Virus record (IMG/VR): IMGVR_UViG_3300046533_000294
Coordinates: 63,386 to 127,385 of that record
Length of the DNA: 64,000 bases
Direction: 5' to 3' (one strand)
Source of the DNA: a virus
The notes beneath the pieces are model-generated. The model was given only the letters and a program-made list of their open reading frames with translations, had not been told where the DNA came from and ran no database searches. Shown one piece after another: positions 1 to 7,578 of the stretch; the stretch's first letter is position 1, and each line of letters opens with the position of its first letter. The translations under genes were made by a program, and so were the position numbers.

Positions 1-76
1 TCCTTCGTTTTGTTTTTATTTGGTTCTGTGTCTGCTGACACAAGCCGCTACACGTTGTCCTGAGTAGCAGCTTCTA

Positions 77-397
77 TCAGTTGACGATACTGTGATCCTT
101 GATGCTGATCCAGCCGCATTCGCCTTCAATACACATCACGATTCCTCGCAATGTCGGTCTGCTGTCAAGCCCTTCGCCGCCGCCATAGCGGTTGCTAGGA
201 TCGAAATCACTGATCCAGACACAGATTTCATATCCGAGTTGCTCGGCGTAACAGTAGAAGATGATCTGATCACCTTGGACACCAGCTACTGTCCAGTGAG
301 GGCTGACATATTCGCCTTCATACTGATTGGCGATCCAGTCAGCTTTGACTTCGCGGTCAGTTGCTGTCCAAACTTTTGCTATGAACTCTGGCTTCAT
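77..397 (-). CDS. hypothetical early protein (106 aa)
   Basis: Start moved from the ORF track to ATG at 397, preceded by GAAGGAGGG-CCA; the stop lies in the conserved hairpin at 36-79. Confidence 0.75.
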   Translation of the reverse strand: MKPEFIAKVWTATDREVKADWIANQYEGEYVSPHWTVAGVQGDQIIFYCYAEQLGYEICVWISDFDPSNRYGGGEGLDSRPTLRGIVMCIEGECGWISIKDHSIVN

Positions 398-462
398 TGG
401 CCCTCCTTCGTTTTTGTGTTCTGTAGTACAAGCCGCGTCGGTTGTCCACGACGCAGCTTCTG

Positions 463-561
463 CTACAGATGTCCGACTGCGCGCCCAATGAGTGCGCAGA
501 TGATGACGACGATTGGCGCAGCCGTGATATACGTTGGCCAAGCATCTTTCCACTTGTACAT
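463..561 (-). CDS. small membrane peptide (32 aa)
   Basis: MYKWKDAWPTYITAAPIVVIICALIGRAVGHL; SD AAGGAAGG upstream; one hydrophobic helix; stop at the base of hairpin 421-468. Confidence 0.6.
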   Translation of the reverse strand: MYKWKDAWPTYITAAPIVVIICALIGRAVGHL

Positions 562-635
562 GTGTACCTTCCTTTGTTTTTTATCGTTCAAGGCCGAGCG
601 GGTTGTCCTTCGCTCGACCTTCAACGCGCGGCTTG

Positions 636-974
636 TTACGCCGCGATATGCTTCGCACAGCGGTGAACTCGCTTGCCGTCTTTGAATAGCGACATGATCG
701 CGAGTGCTCCGCACTTCTCGCCTTTGACCGCTTGTCCGTTATACGTTGAGCCCGCAGGCCCGAGTTTTGTACGCTTCGTGCGCTTCTTCTTGAAGAACAC
801 TGTCGTCGTTTTGCCTACGAATGCGTCGCACGCTTCGGCGACTGCTAGCTCGCGGTCGATTGCGGGCGTAGCGGTTGCTCCGCTTATTCTTGAATCCCGG
901 CTTTGTCCCGGGCTTCTTGCGGACTTCGTCGATACCGGCCCTCTGCTTTTTGCCGGCTTTTTACGTTTTGCCAC
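636..974 (-). CDS. basic hypothetical early protein (112 aa)
   Basis: GTG preceded by the consensus GAAGGAGGGTCA; Lys/Arg-rich. Confidence 0.7.
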   Translation of the reverse strand: MAKRKKPAKSRGPVSTKSARSPGQSRDSRISGATATPAIDRELAVAEACDAFVGKTTTVFFKKKRTKRTKLGPAGSTYNGQAVKGEKCGALAIMSLFKDGKRVHRCAKHIAA

Positions 975-1150
975 TGACCCTCCTTCGGGGCTTATTGAAT
1001 TGCTCCTCGATTCGGATTATTCGGTTGAATCGAGGACGTGCGGAAGCGGGACGTACGCTTACACGGGGGTTTTTGACGGCGTGCTTATGCCTTGCCGCTT
1101 TTCCCGCTCGGGTGGTGCGTCCCTCCTCCTTCGGTCGCTTAGGCGCGACC

Positions 1151-1189
1151 GGGGAGGGGTCGAGAGAATCGGATTCTCTCGACCTCCCC
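1151..1189. repeat. inverted repeat GGTCGAGAGAATC-G-GATTCTCTCGACC just downstream of the 124 aa gene
   Basis: Perfect 13 bp stem at 1158-1184, extendable by GGGGA/TCCCC. Confidence 0.8.
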
Positions 1190-1202
1190 CGCTCGATCCC
1201 TG

Positions 1203-1577
1203 CTAGGCGCGAGCCTTACGATACGCGCCGGACGCGAGCCGTCCCGGTCGCTTCGCGGCTACCGCGTAGCCGCCGAGGCGGTCTACGTTCGCCCGGGTCG
1301 GGCGGAACCCGAAGACGATCGGGAGGGCGTACGCTCGGAGATCCGTCGGCGACTCGGCGAGTACCGCCCGAACGTCGGCCGCGCGTACGTCTTCGATCCG
1401 CTCGAACGAGCCGACCCGACTCGGGATTAGACCCGCGTCGCGGCGAGCCGCGTAAGAGATCTCGCGAGTCGACCACTTCTTCTCGCCGCCGTAAACGGCC
1501 GCGTCGATCTCGGCGTCGGTCTTTCCGGCCGCCGCGAGCTTCGCGATTTTGTTCTCGTTACTTTTACTTACGGACAT
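1203..1577 (-). CDS. first early gene, hypothetical protein (124 aa) inside the TG/CA-depleted zone
   Basis: SD GAAGGAGG then ATG; the protein has no Cys, His, Gln or internal Met and one Trp. Confidence 0.75.
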   Translation of the reverse strand: MSVSKSNENKIAKLAAAGKTDAEIDAAVYGGEKKWSTREISYAARRDAGLIPSRVGSFERIEDVRAADVRAVLAESPTDLRAYALPIVFGFRPTRANVDRLGGYAVAAKRPGRLASGAYRKARA

Positions 1578-1700
1578 TTCGTTCCTCCTTCGGAACTCCG
1601 GAATTGCCGTTCCGGTATCGGGAACCGCGGTACGCGGCTCGCGAGACGCGATACCGGAAATTGAAATCGGGAATCCGGTCGCGCCTCGCGAGCCGTCCGA

Positions 1701-1731
1701 GGTCGAGAGAATCGAATCGAATCTCTCGACC
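1701..1731. repeat. second copy of the GGTCGAGAGA...TCTCTCGACC inverted repeat, upstream of the 124 aa gene
   Basis: 10 bp stem; 14 nt identical to 1158-1171. Confidence 0.8.
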
Positions 1732-2229
1732 CCGGCGGCCCGCCGAAGGAAGGAAGGTCTACGGCTCGCGCGCCTACGCTCTAGAGCCCGGGCGCCGCCC
1801 CTATCTACGGGGGACGGCGACCCTACGCGCGTCCGATCGAGTCCCCCGGGCGGCTATAGGGCGGGCGGGGGAGGGGAAGCCGTAGACCGCCCCTCCGAAG
1901 CCCGCGCGTAGCGATCGCGCGGCTCCTCCGACTAGTACCGCTCGCCTCTCTCCTCGGCTCGACCGAGGGATAACGTCGGCGCCCGTCTCCGGCTCCCTAA
2001 GCCTATTAGGGGGTCGGACGGGAATCCGCGTAACCCTAAACCGAGATCCCCGCCACGTAGCCTCCCTAGGCTACGGGAGGGTGGAGGGTTGGATACTAGG
2101 GGGTCTAGAAAATCCCTGCTAATAGGGACTATTCAGTGATCGGACGGGACGGGCTAGACCCGCATCAATTAGCCCGAAAAATGTAGAAAAGGGACTCCGG
2201 CCACGTACCGGCAAACCTGAGGTGAAACA

Positions 2230-2440
2230 CAAAATTTGCTCAATTGCAATTGCTAAAAACAGTGTTAGAAACAAATTGATGTAAAAATCATGAAAACCAC
2301 CCCTTTTCCAGCTAAAAATCACAAAAATCATGAAAAATCACCCATCAATATGAAAAACATACAGAAAAATCCAAAATAAAAACCAATTCTGCAGAAAACC
2401 CCTGGAAATCAACACCGTTTTCCAAATAGAAAACGCACCA
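2230..2440. other. AT-rich segment with roughly phased A-tracts (candidate pac site or origin, bent DNA)
   Basis: Repeated AAAAATCA-like tracts about 10 bp apart (e.g. 2284, 2293, 2314, 2323, 2333, 2353); non-coding; lies between divergent transcription units. Confidence 0.5.
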
Positions 2441-2443
2441 ATT

Positions 2444-2670
2444 CACTTCATACGCGCGTACGCGCCCGCGACCCCTCCACGTTCTGCAGATTTTCTCCGC
2501 CTACGCGCGTACACGCCCGTACGGGAGGGCACTCTCGCGCGTAAGGCGGGCGCGGGCGTAGCGCGCGCGAACATGAGTTGTTAATAGAACTTAAATGCGC
2601 GCGCCCCCGCGCACCCGCCCCCGCGCGCGACACAAATAACAACTAAATGCGCGCGCGTACGTGCGCGTAA
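2444..2670. repeat. cluster of (TA)CGCGCGTA motifs
   Basis: Copies at 2451-2460, 2502-2511, 2536-2543 and 2652-2659. Confidence 0.7.
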
Positions 2671-2755
2671 GAGCGCGACCCCCATCCGACCCCCATCCGA
2701 CCCACCCCGCAGGTAGAATCACCCCACACTCCACACCCCACAAAGGAGGCGCACA

Positions 2756-2953
2756 ATGTCCACCACGCAGATCCAGCAAAGCAAGACACAAAACAAGGGA
2801 ACCTGCGACTTTCAATGGGGGCCGGGCTGCACCGCAAAGACATCCCCAGACCAGACTCACCTCTGCCAACTCGCAAGAGGACACACAGCCAACCAGTGCG
2901 AATGCTACTACTGCGGGCTGAAGCAGGTCAACGCCAGCCGCTCCCGAGTGTAA
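2756..2953 (+). CDS. Cys/His-rich small protein, probably metal-binding
   Basis: SD AAGGAGG; HLCQLARGH...CECYYCG. Confidence 0.7.
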   Translation: MSTTQIQQSKTQNKGTCDFQWGPGCTAKTSPDQTHLCQLARGHTANQCECYYCGLKQVNASRSRV

Positions 2954-3072
2954 CCCCCGACCCGACCCGAACCGAACCAAAACTCGGCAAGCGTCGGAGT
3001 CCGAAACGCGCTAGAGTCCCGAAATACGCCCCTCTGCCCCTCCACTCTGCCCCTCCACGGAAAGGAGTTCAC

Positions 3073-3438
3073 ACGAAAGCCCTAGATCGCCTTCATTGGC
3101 ACACTCACATCGACGGGCTCGACTCGATCGAGCGGCAGCTTCGCCAAATGCGAAAGGATCTACATCATATGAGCACACAGATGGACGAACTCAACACCGC
3201 GATTCAGAATCTCGTCTCTGACGCGCAAGCCAACTCCGATGCCGTCAATGCACTGATCGCCAAGATCGACGCCGTGGGCGTCACGGCGGATCTCTCGGAT
3301 GAGATCCAGGCCGTCAAGGATGCCAGCGCCAGCCTCGAAGCCAGCAAGGAGGCAGCCGACGCCGTGCTGAACCCGCCGGCAGCCCCGGCCGAAGTGCCGG
3401 CGACCGATCCCAACGCTCCAGAGGTCAACCCTCTGTAG
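3073..3438 (+). CDS. coiled-coil hypothetical protein (start uncertain: ACG at 3073 or ATG at 3169)
   Basis: Heptad-like acidic helix followed by a Pro/Ala tail; SD AAGGAG at 3062 and AAAGGA at 3153. Confidence 0.6.
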   Translation, partial: TKALDRLHWHTHIDGLDSIERQLRQMRKDLHHMSTQMDELNTAIQNLVSDAQANSDAVNALIAKIDAVGVTADLSDEIQAVKDASASLEASKEAADAVLNPPAAPAEVPATDPNAPEVNPL

Positions 3439-3536
3439 CCCAACACCAACACCAGGACTCACAATGTGGGGCGCGCACAGTAGGAGGGGCTGCGCGCCCC
3501 GCAACACGTAACAACAACAGAAAGGAAACAGGACGC

Positions 3537-3659
3537 ATGCCAGCCCGTAGTCAAGCACAAAGACGCTGGGCCTACGGCGTCAAAGGAGCGAAGTGGGCCA
3601 AGAAGCACCATTTCAATAACAAGGGCAAGCTGCCAGCCCGCTCAAGAAAGCGGAAGTAG
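3537..3659 (+). CDS. small basic protein (40 aa)
   Basis: Not in the ORF track; MPARSQAQRRWAYGVKGAKWAKKHHFNNKGKLPARSRKRK with SD AAAGGA. Confidence 0.6.
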   Translation: MPARSQAQRRWAYGVKGAKWAKKHHFNNKGKLPARSRKRK

Positions 3660-3662
3660 GCA

Positions 3663-4727
3663 GTGGCAGCAGTAGCCATGCCCAAATGGTGGGCCGACAA
3701 GAGACTCCGCAAAGAAGCTCTGGAGTTGAAGCTCGGACTCAGGAAACGGCCCAGCGACGTACCACACATTCCGGCGGGCAGCCCGGTGGACAGGGAACTG
3801 AACAAGTTCCAGAAGTGGGCGCTTTGGATCGCAGCTGGCAAGAATCCACAGACGCGCCCGAAGGACATCTGGAAAGCTGTACCTGACAAGATGTATTGGG
3901 ACGTTCTGACCCAGTACATTAAGCTGCACAGCACCCCGCCACCGCAAAAACCACCGATTCAGCCCAGCCTTCCACCTAGCAAGTGGAAGAACACGCCGTG
4001 GGTGGTCAAGCACGTACATACCAGCCACGGTTTGCGCAAGGACGACGGCGTCTGGACGATCGACCAGTTGATCGCCAGGGCCAAAACGGCCAAATGCCAA
4101 GCGATCATCTGCCAGATTGGTGGAGACACACCCGACCCAGACTGGGCAGAGAACGCCCGAGCACTCTACAAGGCCGGAAAAGCAGCAGGTCTGAGGATTG
4201 GGGCCTGGGGCCGGATGGACTACGTCAATTGGGAAACGGTCAAGGCCATGATCAAGAGCGTTCTGCCGTTGGACGGCGTTCTGGCTGATATCGAGGGTCG
4301 ATGTCAGGATCAGGCGCTACCCGAGAAGCTCGTCAAGGAGTTTCCCAACCTACCAATGGGGGTGATCGCTACCGGAGCAATTGATCAGTCTCTCGACGGC
4401 CTCTCTCCACCAGCAGTTGCTCAACGTTGGGGTGACCACTTCGACTTCGTGGGGCAGGACTACCACAAAGCCGACAACCCGATGACGCCTGATACTGGTG
4501 AGAACTTCGTCTACTGGCGCTCGACTGCCAAGGTCACCAGTGGGTTCAGGCATCTGCCCGAGGCGAAGGGGCGTTGGCACATTCCGGTGGTCATGCCGAG
4601 TGCCGAGACGTGTCCGCCGCTAGAGGCTCATCGTGCTTGGCTCAGGGACTACACGCCGCACTACGGCGTCTGGGACGGCGAGCTGGTGGAGGCCAATGGC
4701 GAGTGGGGCGTGTTCGCCAGTATTTAA
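3663..4727 (+). CDS. putative glycoside hydrolase (TIM-barrel), possible endolysin
   Basis: C-terminal beta/alpha pattern with a DGVLADIEG acidic motif resembling the GH25-type DxE; Pro-rich linker after the N-terminal domain. Confidence 0.45.
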   Translation: MAAVAMPKWWADKRLRKEALELKLGLRKRPSDVPHIPAGSPVDRELNKFQKWALWIAAGKNPQTRPKDIWKAVPDKMYWDVLTQYIKLHSTPPPQKPPIQPSLPPSKWKNTPWVVKHVHTSHGLRKDDGVWTIDQLIARAKTAKCQAIICQIGGDTPDPDWAENARALYKAGKAAGLRIGAWGRMDYVNWETVKAMIKSVLPLDGVLADIEGRCQDQALPEKLVKEFPNLPMGVIATGAIDQSLDGLSPPAVAQRWGDHFDFVGQDYHKADNPMTPDTGENFVYWRSTAKVTSGFRHLPEAKGRWHIPVVMPSAETCPPLEAHRAWLRDYTPHYGVWDGELVEANGEWGVFASI

Positions 4728-4752
4728 CATCTAACCAATGAAAGGAGAGCAG

Positions 4753-5412
4753 ATGCGAAAGATCATTGTGGCGCTGGCAGTGGCCGGTGCTACGTTCGGG
4801 ATCGCGACCGCAGTCAGCGCGAGCATCCCAAGCCCCAACGGCGTGTTTCATGGTTGTTATGCTCTGCACAACCAGACGACCGACAAGGGCGTTCTGCGCT
4901 TGGTCAACTTCGATCAAGGCGAGGGTTGCCGCTTCTATGAGGCACCAGTCGCGTGGAACAAGGCAGGCCCGACTGGCCCCAAGGGGGCAACAGGCCCGCC
5001 TGGCCCAAGAGGCCCAACCGGCAAGCCAGGCCCAACTGGCCCGAAAGGCCCCAAAGGAACAACTGGGCCGAAGGGTGCGACAGGCCCGCCAGGCCCGAAG
5101 GGCGTCACTGGTGCTCCGGGGCCAAAGGGCGCCACTGGTGCTCCTGGCCCCAAGGGTGCTACTGGGCCCAAAGGCCCGACAGGGATGAGAGGCCCAACCG
5201 GGCCCAAAGGCCCAACCGGCCCCAGAGGGCCAACGGGCACTGGTCAGCGTGGAGCGACTGGGCCAACAGGCCCAGGTGGGAAAGACGATGACGACAACTT
5301 CACCATCCTGCCGGTCTGCGAGAACACGTCGTCTGGTGAACTGCACGTCAGTCCGCCCCACAGCTGTACAGGCCAGGACGAGATCATCATCCATCTCGTG
5401 AAGGCACCATAA
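4753..5412 (+). CDS. secreted collagen-like protein
   Basis: N-terminal signal peptide [23 protein letters not shown]; about 35 Gly-X-Y triplets; Cys-containing flanking domains. Confidence 0.85.
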   Translation: MRKIIVALAVAGATFGIATAVSASIPSPNGVFHGCYALHNQTTDKGVLRLVNFDQGEGCRFYEAPVAWNKAGPTGPKGATGPPGPRGPTGKPGPTGPKGPKGTTGPKGATGPPGPKGVTGAPGPKGATGAPGPKGATGPKGPTGMRGPTGPKGPTGPRGPTGTGQRGATGPTGPGGKDDDDNFTILPVCENTSSGELHVSPPHSCTGQDEIIIHLVKAP

Positions 5413-5519
5413 CTCGACAAGCTACCGAATTGATCTTCGGGTAGGATCGCGGGGCGTGAGACCCCTCGCGCACCGGGGGAGCGGGTTCCTAGATACGCAA
5501 AGGCCCGCTCCCCACTATA

Positions 5520-5756
5520 ATGATCAAATACTTGACCCCATACCAGCGTGACACTATCCGGGTCGCCATCGAGATCTACAACGGGTTGCCGCTCTGCTAT
5601 TGCGGCTCCAAGCACGTTATGCCTGGAAATCCAAACATTCAGGATCACGAGCTGCTGATATTGGCCGACGCGGCGGCGATTCTGAAGGAATGGGACGTTC
5701 AACCCGAACCGATCCCCAACCGGCCTGGCAAAATCAAGGTGAAAGGGTTAGCATGA
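5520..5756 (+). CDS. hypothetical protein
   Basis: 78 aa ORF coupled to the next gene by an ATGA overlap. Confidence 0.55.
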   Translation: MIKYLTPYQRDTIRVAIEIYNGLPLCYCGSKHVMPGNPNIQDHELLILADAAAILKEWDVQPEPIPNRPGKIKVKGLA

Positions 5757-5860
5757 GCGAGCGGGGTTGGTTCATAGTCGGTTTCATGACCGGTATGGGC
5801 ACATGTGGGATCATCTTGGCAATTGTGGTCGAAATCGCCCTCTACAGAGCAGTCGTTTGA
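5753..5860 (+). CDS. small membrane protein (35 aa)
   Basis: MSERGWFIVGFMTGMGTCGIILAIVVEIALYRAVV; overlaps its neighbours at both ends. Confidence 0.6.
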   Translation: MSERGWFIVGFMTGMGTCGIILAIVVEIALYRAVV

Positions 5861-6453
5861 TGGAAGGGCTATATGCGATCATGGCCATTGATCCGGGTGG
5901 ATCTACCGGCGTAGCCTGGGGCGTCTTTCACGATGAGGCCGAAACGGTGAAGGAAACCATCGACGGCAAGATCTGCACCGGGCAGCGCACTTATGAGGGC
6001 TACCCAAGGCAGCAGGTATATGACATTTGCTGTCTTTGGCGTCGTTTGTACATGGAATGGGTGTTCGGGCTGGGGATCAAGCCGGAAGACTGTCATATGG
6101 TGATCGAGGACATCATTGTGGGCCCGAATACACCACCCGGCAAGGATGTCAAGATAGCAATTGAGATTGGGCGTGGGATCTACTACTACAGGCTGGGCTC
6201 TGCACATGAGCACGAGCGTTGGAACTGCGGATGGGTGCCTCCGGTGCGAGTCAGCTGGCAAACGCCCTCCCAGGCCTCGGGATTTGCTCGCAAAGAGCGT
6301 CTCAAGGACTGGGGCGTATGGATTCGAGGCAAAGAGCACGAGCGGTCGGCGTGGAAGCACATTGCGTTGTACGTGGGTCGGCACATGGAAGCTCGTCGCG
6401 CCGCCTCGCGCGTATACGCGCGCGTACGCGCGACCCGAGCGCGAGCCCAGTAG
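5860..6453 (+). CDS. ruvC: RuvC-like Holliday junction resolvase
   Basis: AIDPGGSTGVA, VIED and HERSA motifs; start coupled as TGATG. Confidence 0.75.
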   Translation: MEGLYAIMAIDPGGSTGVAWGVFHDEAETVKETIDGKICTGQRTYEGYPRQQVYDICCLWRRLYMEWVFGLGIKPEDCHMVIEDIIVGPNTPPGKDVKIAIEIGRGIYYYRLGSAHEHERWNCGWVPPVRVSWQTPSQASGFARKERLKDWGVWIRGKEHERSAWKHIALYVGRHMEARRAASRVYARVRATRARAQ

Positions 6454-6500
6454 CCAAGCCGTTTCTACGCCCAGCCGCGATCCAGGGTAGGATCGCGGTC

Positions 6501-6704
6501 GTGATCTACCCCGGTATCACCGTGATGCCACGGCCCCCGGTCGCAACTCGACCGCCGGACTACCAACCCATCGCTCAGGGACTCGATCAGCAATACCCGC
6601 TGACTGGGACGTACGAGTGGTCTCCAGATCTGGACTGGTGGCACGATTGGCTCCACACCAGCGACATCAAATACCAGGCCCGCCCACCTTGTAGGCCGAT
6701 CTGA
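6501..6704 (+). CDS. Pro-rich hypothetical protein
   Basis: GTG after GGTAGGA; the stop overlaps the terS start. Confidence 0.4.
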   Translation: MIYPGITVMPRPPVATRPPDYQPIAQGLDQQYPLTGTYEWSPDLDWWHDWLHTSDIKYQARPPCRPI

Positions 6705-7516
6705 TGGCCAAAGTCGTCAAGACTCGCCGCAAGGGCAGAGGCGGCCACAACCCACCGCCCGAGCCGAGGCGTGGCCCGCGCCCCAGGAAGGGTCTCACCG
6801 CAGCGGTAGACAAAGGTGGGTTGGAGACCAAACTGAAGCCGAGAGATCGCAGCAAGCAGAAACTCTCAGCTGGACTCCCTGGCTTCCAAGCACAGGCAGC
6901 AACTGCTCTCGGCGGCAAGTGTAACGCTATGAAGCGAGATGGGGTGGGCCGGTGTACGCTGCCGGCAGGGTTCGGAACTGACCACCCTCAGATAGGCAGG
7001 TGTAAGTATCACTCTGGGAACACGCCTACCGGGAACAAGCATGCGATCGTGGAGCGCGCTCGGCTCATGGGCGCTCCGATCGACATGAACCCGGTAGAAG
7101 CCATCATTTGGTCGATCCGCATTACTGCCGGTGAGGTCAAGTGGCTCTCGGAGCAGATTGCGGCGCTCGACAAGAAGGATTGGCACGAGGACACCATCAT
7201 CGGCAAACAGATGCATCTGTACGTGCGAGAGCGGCGCGACCGCGTGGGCTTGCTCTACAAGATGGGGAACGACGCCATCAAGCTTGGCCTAGCAGAACGC
7301 GCCATCAAGATGGCCGAGATGTATGGGGTCGCTCTCAGCAGGTTCATCATGGGCGTTCTTGAAGATCTCCAGTTGACCGAGGAACAAGCTGTTAGAGTGC
7401 CCACGATCGTGCGCAAGCATCTGATAGCCTTGGAGGGCAATAAGCCGATCGGCGACGATCTAGCGACCATGACGATCGAGGGCAAGGCTGAGGAGGTCAA
7501 GCAATTAGTAGCCTGA
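6704..7516 (+). CDS. terminase small subunit (putative)
   Basis: C..C..AG.GTDHP..GRCKYH motif typical of actinophage TerS; immediately upstream of TerL. Confidence 0.7.
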   Translation: MAKVVKTRRKGRGGHNPPPEPRRGPRPRKGLTAAVDKGGLETKLKPRDRSKQKLSAGLPGFQAQAATALGGKCNAMKRDGVGRCTLPAGFGTDHPQIGRCKYHSGNTPTGNKHAIVERARLMGAPIDMNPVEAIIWSIRITAGEVKWLSEQIAALDKKDWHEDTIIGKQMHLYVRERRDRVGLLYKMGNDAIKLGLAERAIKMAEMYGVALSRFIMGVLEDLQLTEEQAVRVPTIVRKHLIALEGNKPIGDDLATMTIEGKAEEVKQLVA

Positions 7517-7578
7517 GTGAACTCATCAACCCTGCCGATCTCGGCAAGATCTCACTTCCAGCCGGCACCGCAGATGCG

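Larger units (their letters stand above)
36..626 (-). repeat. three intergenic hairpins with a conserved G-G mismatch and GGACAAC loop (36-79, 421-468, 585-626)
   Basis: Manual pairing on the minus (mRNA) strand gives 15-19 bp stems with G-U pairs and one G-G mismatch. Confidence 0.8.

Noticed and set aside
1003-1037. Hairpin TCCTCGATTC...GAATCGAGGA as a 14th member of the G-G family
   Set aside because: G-G flanks the stem but the outer helix does not pair, so membership is not supported.
875-1911. Long plus-strand ORFs 875-1885 and 1549-1911
   Set aside because: Arg/Pro/Ser low-complexity products. They are long because TGA stops cannot occur in the TG-free zone, and they overlap a well-supported minus-strand gene.
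3031-3056. 13 bp tandem duplication CTCTGCCCCTCCA x2 and nearby CCCGA repeats
   Set aside because: Only two copies in a C-rich intergenic stretch; likely slippage with no supportable function.
4642-5394. Antisense and alternate-frame ORFs over the collagen gene and many other long antisense ORFs
   Set aside because: Shadow ORFs caused by high GC and repetitive coding; no RBS or plausible protein features.
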